Origin: Sedimentisphaerales bacterium
Lineage (GTDB): Bacteria; Planctomycetota; Phycisphaerae; Sedimentisphaerales; Anaerobacaceae
Length of the DNA: 64,000 nt
Reading direction: 5' to 3'
Assembly: GCA_963708075.1 (NCBI GenBank)
Contig: OY970194.1
Span: 1,344,001 to 1,408,000, forward strand
Every line of letters begins with the position of its first letter. Position 1 is the stretch's first letter. Under the pieces are notes generated by a model. That model was not told where the DNA came from, did not search any database, and saw nothing but the letters and a program-made list of their open reading frames with translations. Below, in pieces: positions 49,055 through 59,269 of this stretch. The translations under genes were made by a program, and so were the position numbers.

Positions 49055-49651
49055 ATGCGAATTATCGCGGGCACAAAACGGGGGATGAAGCTCTTCAGCC
49101 CCGAGACGAAAGAAACGCGGCCGATTACCGACCGGGTCAAGCAGTCGCTTTTCGACGTTCTTGTGAACTATGACCTGCTCTCAGGGGCGCGCGTGGCCGA
49201 TCTGTTCAGCGGTGTGGGCTCGCTGGGACTGGAGGCGCTGAGCCGGGGCGCCGCCTTCGTCACGTTCGTCGAGAAGAGCGGCGAGATCATCAAGGTTCTG
49301 GAGAAGAACATTGAGAAGGCCGGCTTTGGCGAGCGGTCGCGGGTCGTTCACGCCAGTGCGTTCCGCGTCGGGGCGTCAGTCGGCGCCGGCGAGCGATACG
49401 ACTTGGTCTTCGTCGATCCGCCCTATGTGTCCACGCAGGAGGTCGGCGGCGGGTCCTCGCTGGCCGATCTATTTGACATCCTGCAGAACCAGGTGAATCC
49501 TCACGGCATCGTGGTTGTCAGGACCCATCGCAGCGTAGCCGTGCTGGAGGACTACGGGCTGTTCCACGCGGTGGACAGGCGGCAGTGGGGGACCATGGCG
49601 GTTGTGTTGTTGCAGGCGAAGGGCAATGAGCAACAGGCAAGCGGCGATTGA
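49055..49651 (+). CDS. rsmD: 16S rRNA (guanine966-N2) methyltransferase
   Basis: 'MRIIAG', 'TRPITDRVK', 'DLFSGVGSLGLEALSRGA', 'DPPY'. Confidence 0.95.
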   Translation: MRIIAGTKRGMKLFSPETKETRPITDRVKQSLFDVLVNYDLLSGARVADLFSGVGSLGLEALSRGAAFVTFVEKSGEIIKVLEKNIEKAGFGERSRVVHASAFRVGASVGAGERYDLVFVDPPYVSTQEVGGGSSLADLFDILQNQVNPHGIVVVRTHRSVAVLEDYGLFHAVDRRQWGTMAVVLLQAKGNEQQASGD

Positions 49652-50852
49652 GGTCATCGAGCATCTGCAGCGGCATGACTTCCAGGCGTTGCTGGCGGGC
49701 GGCTGCGTGCGGGATATGCTGCTCGGCCGGCCGGCGAAGGACTACGATGTAGCGACCGACGCCCGGCCGGACGACGTGATGCGGCTGTTCCGCCGGACCT
49801 TGAAAGTTGGCGCGAAGTTCGGAGTCGTCATCGTGCTGACCCAGGGCCGGCAGGTGGAGGTGGCGACGTTCCGCTCCGAGGCCGGCTACGAGGACGGCCG
49901 ACATCCCACCGAGGTCCGATTCACCAGCGCCGCCGAGGACGCCAGCCGGCGCGACTTCACGATCAACGGCATGTTCTTCGACCCGCTCAAGGAACAAGTC
50001 ATCGACTACGTAGGCGGGCAGGCCGACCTTCAGAAAAGCATCATTCGGACCATCGGCGACCCGGACGAGCGATTCGGCGAGGACTACCTGCGGATGCTCC
50101 GCGCCGTGCGATTCTCCACGCGGTTGGGTTTCCCCATCGAGCCGCAGACGTATGCGGCCATCAGTCGCAACGCCCCGAAGATCGTCCGCATCAGTGGCGA
50201 GCGGATCGCCGCCGAGCTGGAGGGAATCCTGGTTCATCCGAACCGCGCCGTCGGCGCATCGATGCTCATAGAGACAGGACTGGCAGAGGCGATTTTCCCC
50301 GGCTTTGCCGGAGATCGCGCCACGCGAGGCGCCGCCGTGCTTGCCCAACTGCGAAAGAAGGTGGACTTCCCGCTGGCTCTGGCCGCGCTCTTCGCCGATT
50401 TCCCGACCGATCTTGTGTTGGAGAGAACCGAAGTCCTGAAGCTGAGCAGGAACCAGATCAAGCATATGAAGTTCCTGCTCGCCCGTCGCAGCCGACTGCT
50501 GGAGTGGGATATGTCCCTCGCCCGGCTGAAAAAGCTGCTGGCCGAGCCGCACTTCTCGGACCTCTACGCGCTGGAGCGTGCGATCCAGAAGGCCACGGTC
50601 GGCAATCAGGGCGTGGCCCCGCTGATCAACCTGCGAAGGAGGATCAGGGACCTCGGCGGCATCGAGGTCAAGCCCAAGCCGCTGCTGGACGGTCACGACC
50701 TCATGCATCTCGGCGCTGTCCCCGGCCCGCTACTGGGCCAACTGGTCGAGGAACTCTACGTGGCGCAACTGGAAGGAGAGGTCCGAACCCGGGAGCAAGC
50801 CCAGCAATGGGCCCAACACTGGCTCCAGCGGCATCGCCCAGTGGAACACTAG
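49626..50852 (+). CDS. CCA tRNA nucleotidyltransferase / poly(A) polymerase family
   Basis: 'GGCVRD..DYDVAT', 'RRDFTIN', 'EDYLRMLRAVRF'. Confidence 0.92.
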   Translation: MSNRQAAIEVIEHLQRHDFQALLAGGCVRDMLLGRPAKDYDVATDARPDDVMRLFRRTLKVGAKFGVVIVLTQGRQVEVATFRSEAGYEDGRHPTEVRFTSAAEDASRRDFTINGMFFDPLKEQVIDYVGGQADLQKSIIRTIGDPDERFGEDYLRMLRAVRFSTRLGFPIEPQTYAAISRNAPKIVRISGERIAAELEGILVHPNRAVGASMLIETGLAEAIFPGFAGDRATRGAAVLAQLRKKVDFPLALAALFADFPTDLVLERTEVLKLSRNQIKHMKFLLARRSRLLEWDMSLARLKKLLAEPHFSDLYALERAIQKATVGNQGVAPLINLRRRIRDLGGIEVKPKPLLDGHDLMHLGAVPGPLLGQLVEELYVAQLEGEVRTREQAQQWAQHWLQRHRPVEH

Positions 50853-50865
50853 GGTACCTGGACTA

Positions 50866-51141
50866 AGAGACTATCTCGAAAGGGTGAACGTCATTGCGAG
50901 TCGCTCCGCCGCTTCGCGGCTGGTGTCGGGAAGAAACCGGATGGTTTGGGTGCCATGCTTACGCTCGCGTAAGCATGCCTTGCCCATCGAGTGGAGCATG
51001 TCTATGCAAGCGTAGACATGGCACCCGGCCAGTTAGTTTCTTAGGAGGAGCGCGGCGACGAAGCAATCTCAACCCTGGGGATGGGAGATTGCTTCGCTAG
51101 GCTCGCAATGACAAGCCAGAGTCGGCTTTGAGATAGTCTCT
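50866..51141. mobile_element. Non-autonomous nested MITE/REP element
   Basis: 12-bp terminal inverted repeats AGAGACTATCTC enclosing GTCATTGCGAG...CTCGCAATGAC, which encloses GGGTGCCATG...CATGGCACCC. Confidence 0.7.
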
Positions 51142-51168
51142 GAGGCGGCCCGGAAGTCTCGCGCACTG

Positions 51169-51197
51169 TTGAATCCGTTGACCCATTCCGGTATAAT
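51169..51197 (+). promoter_or_regulatory. sigma70-type promoter
   Basis: TTGAAT-N17-TATAAT. Confidence 0.6.
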
Positions 51198-51271
51198 AAA
51201 GGTGTGGTCGGACCGCGTCTGCGAGTGTGCGGCGGCCGAGGATCTTTTCGTGAGCAGAAGGGGTGGTGACT

Positions 51272-54230
51272 GTGCATCGCAGAATGCTTTTCCTTGTAGC
51301 CTCGCTTTTCATGGCGGGCGTCGTGACCGCTCAGGATGAAGAGCCGCAGGCGCCTTGGAAGAACCAGATCAGCTTGCCGGACGAGCCGTTTCAAAGCTGG
51401 ACCTCCCCGGCGTTCATCAAGTTCACCATCATTACGAAGGAAGGCTACGATCCGAACCTCGTCTACTTCCAGAATTCCGGACAGTATGAGTACCACTTCG
51501 ATTTTGCGCTCGAGCATCTCACGCCGTTCATCGGTATGACGATTGAGGAATTCGATGGCGTCACTTTGCATGCGGCGGGTCAGCAGGCGGTGCTTGGGGC
51601 TGTGATTCTCCCGCCGTGGCATGATCCGCCGTTCAACGAGTACGGAATTCAACTGGTCAGGAACGATCCGTACACGCGGGAAGAGGTCGTGAGGCTGTTC
51701 AACGTGGTGAAGAGCTGCATCGCGGCCGACCCGAATGTCATGGCCTATTATTTCGCGACCTATGAGCAGTACCCCGTGGCCCAGCAGAACCGAGAGTGGT
51801 TTGAGAGCCAGGGCATGCGGATCGGCTCCACGGGTCAGTGGGCCGAAGGCAACGCAAGCTACTCACCGGGATGGGCCCTCGGCAGGCTCAAGTTCGTTCA
51901 CGGCACCGAAATACAGGCAGCGTACACCGCGCGGGAGTTGTTGCCCGGCGACATTCTGCTGACCGATGGCGTGCCGGCGGAGATTCCCTCCGTGGCAGGG
52001 ATCATCACACTGATGCCCTCGACACCCAATTCGCACGTGGCCATCCTCTCCCGTTCGCAGGGCGTACCGTTCGTGCATCTGGCCGTGGAATCCGATGCCG
52101 CTCGTGCACAGGCGCTCGCCGGCCGCAGCGTGTACCTGGCCGTCATGGAGAGTTTCGGCCAATCCTCCGAGGTCAAGCTGCTCGACGTGGAATTCCTCAG
52201 CGAATCGGAGAAGGCATCGCTGTTGTCGTTGAAGGACGCGGGCCCCATCGTTATACAGCCGATGAAACACCGCGGCGCCTTTTGGGGCGACACGAATGAT
52301 CTGCAACCGGCGGATATCTGTTACTTCGGAGGCAAGGCGGCGAATTTCGGCGTGTTGCGCCGCGCGATTCCGAACGATTCACCACGGGCCATGGCCTTTT
52401 CTTTTGACTTGTGGAACGCCTTCCTGGATCAGCAGGTGAACGGTGCATCGCTACGAGAACCAGCTCGCCAGTCGCTTGTCAAAATACGCGACGTATCCGC
52501 CCTCGGATCTGGAGGGCCTCATCGACGAGCTTGCGGCCATTCGGGATATGTTCACGGACACTCAGGTGACCGCATTCGGACCCGAACTGGAGTCAGCCGT
52601 GGTGGATGCCCTCCGATCGTCTGGATTCGACGCGACGAAGCCGATCCGTTTTCGCAGCTCCACAAACGTGGAGGACAGCGAACAGTTCACGGGCGCGGGG
52701 CTTTACGACAGCTACAGCGGCTGCCTGGCCGACGATCTGGACAGCGACAGCACGGGGCCTTGTGCCTGCGATCCATCCGAGGCCAAGGAACGCGGTGTGT
52801 TCCGGGCGATCCGCAAGGTGTTCGCCAGCTTCTACAACGACAATGCCTTTCTGGAACGGCTCAAGCACGGCGTGGATGAGTCACAGGTCGGCATGGCCCT
52901 GCTTGTACACCATTCCTATCCAGACGAGATCGAACTGGCCAATGGCGTCGCGACTCTGGAACGCAGCCGGGGTTCGGACTGGACTGCGAATATCGTGAGT
53001 CAGAAGGGGGCGGTCTCGGTGACCAACCCTCCCATGGACGCCGTGCCGGAGGAGGTGACCATCACGACAGGGTTCAACGGCCCCAACCCGTGGCTCGTAC
53101 GCCGTTCCAGCCTCGTGCCTCTGCGCGAGAATACCGTCATGGAGTGGGACGGCGAGTACATCGAGCTCTACAAGCTGCTCGTCGCGACCGGTGACCAGTA
53201 CTGCAAGATGACTCAAAAGGAGGATCTCGTCCTCGACTTTGAGTTCAAGAAGTCCGCCCCCGAGGGCAAGCTTGAGATCAAGCAGATTCGGGAGATTCCA
53301 AAGGCTGGCGGCACTGGGTACTCGACGCCGTTCCTGCTCGGTGAGTCTCAGGCGTACTGCACATTGCAGGGCCGCGGCGGTAATGTCTTTGCCAACCACC
53401 GTCTCAAGTCACGATGGACCATCCGGCCGAGAACTCAATGGCTCACTGAAGAGAGCCTGAAGAATTGTATCTACGGCGAGGTGACAATCGAGTATGCCGC
53501 CGAGGGGGCAATCCGGCAGGTCACCGGCGAGTTGCCGTCGCTGTCCGACGCATCACATGTGTATGAGGCCCCCAAGGGAGACTGGGATCGGTACAGTCTG
53601 CTGGACCTCTGGCGTTTCCCCGACCTGTGCAATCGGCGAGCGTACCGGCTGCGAACCACGCCGCTGTTCCAGGCCATCGTGCCCGACCCGGTCGTGACCA
53701 CGAGCGAGCTGCGGCTGGGGATGGAGGTCGATTACGGCAGCCCCGTGCTTGTCAATACGGACTCGAATATGACGACGACAGATGTGGTGCCACTGTACAG
53801 GCCGTGGGAGCCGGCCAGCCACGAGGTCCCGGAGGAATGCTCCTTCCAAGATCCCAATGTCGGGGTATCCATCACCACCCGCTTCTATGTCCACTGGGGC
53901 TGGGGGTGGAATGCGCCAGTCTCGGTCCAGTTCCAGCAGACGCGGATCGAAGGATTGACGAGCGAGCCTATCGTCCTGACCGGCTACTTCTCGCAGTCCG
54001 TCGGCGGCGGGTCGCACCTGTGCCCGAAGAACTTCCTTTTCGAGCCTGCCCTGGAGCCGGGACTCTCGCCGCAGAGTCTCGACGAGCTGAAGGCCCAGGA
54101 CATCCGCCTGATCTACTACACGACCGGCGCCCGCGAATGTCGCCCGACCGAGTGGCAAGACACGCCGCCATCCATACGCCTCTACGGCTTCGACGAGCCC
54201 GTTGACGGCCCCCTCTGCCGCAGTCAATGA
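51272..54230 (+). CDS. Secreted PEP/pyruvate-binding (PPDK N-terminal ATP-grasp) domain protein; frameshift near 52459
   Basis: Signal peptide; 'SHVAILSR', 'FGGKAANFG', 'RFRSSTNVED..FTGAGLYDS', 'RKVFAS', 'IKQIR'. Confidence 0.8.
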
Positions 54231-54303
54231 TAGAGTGGTGGGGGCCACAGGATGCTCATTTCGGCCTACACGCCGCCTTGTGGCAGACCACACACTATGT
54301 TCA

Positions 54304-54349
54304 GGGTGGCAGCGGCAAGCTCCGCGGGCTGCGCTTGCCGCTGCCACCC
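54304..54349. repeat. GGGTGGCAGCGGCAAGC element, copy 4 (collapsed single hairpin)
   Basis: 17-bp perfect inverted arms around a 12-nt centre. Confidence 0.8.
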
Positions 54350-54452
54350 GACATATGAAACGCTGGCTGCTTCCCCGTCCTGACGTTATCATGCACCTGC
54401 CGGCGCGTGGGGTGTTCCGCCGACAAAGGTATGTCTTGGGTGAACAAAGGAG

Positions 54453-55850
54453 ATGCCTGTGATGCGAATGGTCCGTGTGGTCTCGCCTCTGGTGATTGTT
54501 GTGCTGTTCTCCCTTGGGGCTGCGGCACAGACGACTCCGCAGCCATCAGCGCCGCAAGTGGATCGCTTCCTCGTAGGCGCGTGCACGCATTTCAGCCAGG
54601 GCAAGGGCGTCCTCGCGCTCAATCTGGCGAGCCTTCAGCATGCGGGAATCAAGTCGATTCGCGACGAGGTGCCCTGGGGCGCGATCGAGCGTGAGAAGGG
54701 CAAGCTCGTCATGCCGGAGCGATTCGATACGTACGTTCGCCGAGCCGCCGATGCGGGCGTGGACGTTCTGCTCATATTGGATTATTCGAATCGCCATTAT
54801 GATGACGGGGACCGGCCCCGCTCGCCGGAGGCCATCGAGGGGTTCTGCAGGTACGCCGAGTTCGTCGTTAAGCATTTTGGCGAGCACGTGCGTTTGTACG
54901 AGATCTGGAATGAGTGGGACATCGGCATCGGCCTGCCTCAACAGTACAACAGGGGCGGTTCGGCGGAGGACTACTTCAAATTGCTCAAGGCCGTCTATCC
55001 GAGGATCAAGGCCGCTGACCCAGGCGTGACAGTCATTGCGGGGGCATCCACCAGCGGCGCAGTCAGGAAGGGCTGGCTGGAGGACATCGTCAAGCTCGGG
55101 GCGCTCGATTCCTGTGACGCGATCTCCATCCACAGCTACAACTACAGCGACAAATTCCCGGAGCGCGGGCCTGAGGCCTGCTCGACGTGGATGACCGGCG
55201 TGCAGGAGATGCTCCGCAAATACCACGACGGCAAGGATGTGCCGTTCTACGTCACGGAGATGGGCTGGCCGACGCATGTCACCAAGCATGGCACGGACGC
55301 AGAGCTTGCGGCGTCATACCTGGCGAGGCTATACCTGCTGGCTCGGACGTCGCCATCCTTCAAAGGCCTGTGGTGGTACGACTTTCAGGACGACGGCTGG
55401 AACCCGCAGTACAACGAGGACAACTTCGGCCTTGTGCGTCCCGACCTGACGCCCAAGCCCGCGTATCACGTCCTGGCGCATATCTCGCCATTCATCCGGC
55501 AAGGGCAGTACGTGGATCGCGTGACCACGGCGGATAGCAACCTCTGGGTCCTGCGATTCAAGATGGACGGCGACGATGCCTGGGTCCTGTGGTCCGCGGA
55601 CGATCAGGACCGCCAGGTGATCCTGCAGACGGAGACCCCGGCCAAACCGCTGATGATCCGCGAGGCGGGGCACGATGCCTGCCTGACGGAATGGGGCTAT
55701 CGCGACTGGGCAGGCAGGGCCGGCGAGCCGGTCTCGAATCGCATCTCAATAGTCGTCGGGAATCGGCCCGTTCTTCTCGGTACCGACCTCGCGGGCGTCT
55801 CGGTCGCTGAGGTCATTCCCAGATTGCGCCAAGCCGCGGAGACAAAGTGA
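54453..55850 (+). CDS. Secreted clan GH-A glycoside hydrolase (GH39/GH5-like)
   Basis: 'YEIWNEWD' acid/base, 'YVTEMGWP' nucleophile, 'NFGLVR..PKPAY'. Confidence 0.85.
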   Translation: MPVMRMVRVVSPLVIVVLFSLGAAAQTTPQPSAPQVDRFLVGACTHFSQGKGVLALNLASLQHAGIKSIRDEVPWGAIEREKGKLVMPERFDTYVRRAADAGVDVLLILDYSNRHYDDGDRPRSPEAIEGFCRYAEFVVKHFGEHVRLYEIWNEWDIGIGLPQQYNRGGSAEDYFKLLKAVYPRIKAADPGVTVIAGASTSGAVRKGWLEDIVKLGALDSCDAISIHSYNYSDKFPERGPEACSTWMTGVQEMLRKYHDGKDVPFYVTEMGWPTHVTKHGTDAELAASYLARLYLLARTSPSFKGLWWYDFQDDGWNPQYNEDNFGLVRPDLTPKPAYHVLAHISPFIRQGQYVDRVTTADSNLWVLRFKMDGDDAWVLWSADDQDRQVILQTETPAKPLMIREAGHDACLTEWGYRDWAGRAGEPVSNRISIVVGNRPVLLGTDLAGVSVAEVIPRLRQAAETK

Positions 55851-55873
55851 CATTGTGCCGGATGCAGGTTGTT

Positions 55874-55942
55874 GGTGTGCGGTGCACACCCTACATGGCG
55901 CCGACACGCCGGACGATATCTGTAGGGTGTGCATCGCACACC
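55874..55942. repeat. GTAG-type REP pair
   Basis: GTAGGGTGTGCATCGCACACC (identical 21-mer at 45041) plus an inverted variant. Confidence 0.75.
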
Positions 55943-55977
55943 TTCACCAGCTTCAGTTGTCAGCATGAGGACAGGAT

Positions 55978-57956
55978 ATGAAAGTACGAAGCGGTCTTAT
56001 CTCGATCTTGTTCATGACGGCGGCTCTCCAGGGCGCGACAGCGCCTCAGGAGAAGCGGTTCAAGCTTGGCGAGTTGTACCCGCAGGAGAAGGTGGCGAAA
56101 GCGCTCGTCCCTCGCGAGCAGTGGCGTCCGTGGCCGAAATGGAGCGAGCGCAAAGCGTGGGAGAACTTGCCCGAGCCGGTGCGCAAGGACCTGATCGCTA
56201 ATGGCGAGAAATATCTCCGCTATGCCTGGCCCGACCTGCCTGCCACGCTCTTTCTTGAATATGCACGAGAAGGCAACCGGAGCCGATACGAGCACGAGCA
56301 TTTTGCGCGGCGCACCGCCCTGACCAATTTGATCGTGGCGGAGTGCGTCGAAGGCAAGGGCCGCTTCCTCGACGATATCGCCAACGGCGTCTGGGCGATT
56401 TGCGAGGAGTCGTTCTGGGGCGTGCCCGCCCACGTCGGGCGCAGAAGTCCGGGTCGGGCCTGCCCGATCCCGCGGAGCCTGTGGTCGATCTGTTCGCCGC
56501 AGAGACGGGGGAGAGTCTGGCATGGACCTGCTATCTGCTGGGTGAGCAACTGGACCGCGTTTCGCCGATGATCCGCAAACGCATCGGCCACGAGATTGAC
56601 CGGCGGATTCTGACGCCATGCCTCGAACGCGACGACTTCGGCTGGATGGGCTTTTCCGGCGGCCGCGTCAATAACTGGAATCCATGGTGCAACTCGAATT
56701 GGCTCGCGTGCGCACTGCTGGTCGAGCCCGACGAGGATCGCCGTATCGCGGCGGTTGCCAAGATCGTGCGGAGCCTGGACCACTTCTTCGATGCCTACGA
56801 CGATGACGGCGGCTGTGATGAGGGCCCCGGCTACTGGAGCCGGGCCGGCGGATCGCTGTTCGATTGCCTCGAACTGCTCCGCAGTGCCACGAACGGGGCC
56901 ATCGACGTGTACGACCGGCCGCTGGTCAAGGAGATAGGCCGCTATATCTGTCGCGTGCACATTGCGGACGACTACTTTGTCAATTTCGCCGATGCGTCCG
57001 CGAAGGCAAGTCCTGCGGGCGAGCTCGTTCACCGCTACGGCAGGCGGATTGGCGATGAACGTCTGGCCGCGTTTGGCGCCTACTTCTTTGCCAAACAGCG
57101 GGGTGAGGGCTCGGGCTTCTCGGACGGGGGCGGATACACGGTGGGCCGGTACTTGCCCGAGATCTTCAACGCGGCCGAGGTCGGGGCGGCCCAGGCGAAA
57201 CCCGCGTTGGTCCGCGATGTCTGGCTCGACGGTATCCAGGTGATGACCGCCCGGTGCAAGGAAGGGACTGTCGATGGTTTCTTCGTCGCCGCCAAGGGCG
57301 GACACAATGCCGAGAGCCACAACCACAACGATGTCGGCAGCTTCATTGTCTATCGCGACGGCCGGCCCATCTTCATCGATGTCGGCGTCGAGACCTACAG
57401 CCGCAAGACCTTCAGCTCCCGGCGATACGAGATCTGGACGATGCAATCCGCCTATCACAACCTGCCGACGATCAACGGCGTCATGCAAAGCCCCGGCCGA
57501 GAGTTTGCCGCCAGAGATGTCAGCTATGAGGCCGACGACGACCATGCCCAGCTTCGCCTCGACCTTGCCGGCACATATCCCAAACAGGCTAGCCTCAAGT
57601 CCTGGGTGCGCACGGTGCGCCTCAATCGCGGAAAAGACATTGCCATCACCGAGAATTACGCGCTCGAACAGCCGGCGGGCGAAATCACGCTGAGCCTGAT
57701 CACGCCCTGCAAGGTCGAAGTGCAAAAGCAGGGCCGATTGCTTCTGGAGACGGCGGATACAAACGAACCTCGTGTGGCCGTACGAGTACTGTACGATGAG
57801 GCCAGGTTCAAGGCAGCCGTGGAAACGATCCAGGTTGAAGATGGCAGGCTCCGCGCCGCCTGGCCCGGGCAGATGACTCGGATCCTCCTGAAGGCCGAGA
57901 AGCCCGCGTTGCAGGACACCTGGACGCTGCAAATCGAACCGGCAAAAGCTGATTGA
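55978..57956 (+). CDS. Heparinase II/III family protein; 1-nt frameshift near 56438
   Basis: 'NNWNPWC', 'DGGCDEGPGYW', 'KGGHNAESHNHNDVG', 'QSAYHN'. Confidence 0.88.
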
Positions 57957-59149
57957 TGAAATTCATGGCACAGCCGTTTACACTTTTGATTAAGCCCTCG
58001 GGTTCCGACTGCAACGTCGATTGTACCTATTGCTTCTACAAGTGTCGGGCGCCGCAGGTCGGCACGGGCCGACAGCGCATGACTGGCGAGGTGCTCGAAA
58101 AGCTTGTCAAGGACTACATGGGCCTGCGATTCCAATTGTCGGGCTTCGCTTGGCAGGGGGGCGAACCGACGCTGATGGGCCTGGATTTCTACAAGCGGGC
58201 GGCCGAGCTTCAGACCAAGTACGGCGTCACCGGCCAGGAGGTCGGCAATTCGCTACAGACCAACGCGATTCTCCTGAACGACGCTGACTGGTGCAAATTC
58301 CTGCACGAGCGCAAGTTCCTCGTCGGTATCAGCATCGACGGACCCAGGGAGCTGCACGATCATTACCGGCTCGATCTCGGCGGCCACGGCACGTGGGACC
58401 GCGTCATGCGGGCCATCGATCGCTGCAAAGAGCATAAGGTCGAGTTCAACACGCTTACGCTCGTCAACCATCTCACCGCCGACCATGCGGACGAGGTCTT
58501 CGACTTCCTGATCGAGCTGGGCGTCCGATACTTGCAGTTCATTCCGTGCGTGGAGGTAGACCCGCAGACCGGCGGGATCGCGGAGTTCTCCGTCTCGCCG
58601 AAGCAGTATGGCGATTTCATGTGCCGGGTTTTCGACCGATGGACGGCGTTCGGGCCGCAGAGGCTCAGCATCCGCGACTTCGACTCTATTCTCAGCTATT
58701 GCATCGGCGGCCATCACACGCTCTGCACGTTCGACAGGCAGTGCAGCCAGTACATCGTAATCGAGCACACGGGTGATGTGTTTCCGTGTGACTTCTTCGT
58801 CGATCCGGCGTGGCGCTTGGGCAATATCCTCGAAACGCCCATCGAGCAGCTCGCCGCCTGTGAGCAGAAGAGAGCCTTCGCCCGCAAGAAGCAGAGCATC
58901 ACCAACAAGTGCCTCACCTGTCGGCACCTGGCCCTCTGTCGCGGCGGATGCATGAAAGATCGGGTGCCACATGTGGCCCAGCCGCCCTCGGCTGGGGAAC
59001 CCATGGGACCACCCCCGGGGGCGGGGGTGCCACACAGCTATTTCTGCGAGAGCTATCGCCAATTCTTCGATTATGCCTTGCCGCGATTCATGCAGATCGC
59101 CGCACAAATCCGCACCGGCGCCCTTGTCAGACCCCGGCAATTGACCTAA
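57956..59149 (+). CDS. Anaerobic sulfatase maturase (radical SAM/SPASM)
   Basis: 'CNVDCTYC', 'WQGGEP', 'GDVFPCD', 'CLTC..LCRGGC'. Confidence 0.93.
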   Translation: MKFMAQPFTLLIKPSGSDCNVDCTYCFYKCRAPQVGTGRQRMTGEVLEKLVKDYMGLRFQLSGFAWQGGEPTLMGLDFYKRAAELQTKYGVTGQEVGNSLQTNAILLNDADWCKFLHERKFLVGISIDGPRELHDHYRLDLGGHGTWDRVMRAIDRCKEHKVEFNTLTLVNHLTADHADEVFDFLIELGVRYLQFIPCVEVDPQTGGIAEFSVSPKQYGDFMCRVFDRWTAFGPQRLSIRDFDSILSYCIGGHHTLCTFDRQCSQYIVIEHTGDVFPCDFFVDPAWRLGNILETPIEQLAACEQKRAFARKKQSITNKCLTCRHLALCRGGCMKDRVPHVAQPPSAGEPMGPPPGAGVPHSYFCESYRQFFDYALPRFMQIAAQIRTGALVRPRQLT

Positions 59150-59167
59150 CATTGATGCACTATGTTT

Positions 59168-59250
59168 GATTGTTGATGGTTGATTGTTGATTTGACGAGA
59201 TGATCCGCGCTGCTTGCCAAATCATAAATCAAAGATCAAAAATCATAAAT
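59168..59250. repeat. Inverted pair of heptamer tandem repeats
   Basis: (TGATTGT)-like x3 facing (AAATCAT)-like x5. Confidence 0.65.
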
Positions 59251-59269
59251 CGTTGAAAGGAGCGCGAAT

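Noticed and set aside
56220..57932. 570-aa minus-strand ORF
   Set aside because: Antisense shadow of the heparinase gene
4261..57956. Programmed frameshifting, phase variation or mass pseudogenisation (near 4719, 11930, 19808, 36502, 52459, 56438)
   Set aside because: Each is a single-base indel in a short G/C run in otherwise intact unrelated genes, typical of long-read consensus error; no slippery heptamers or long tracts. Read polishing would settle it
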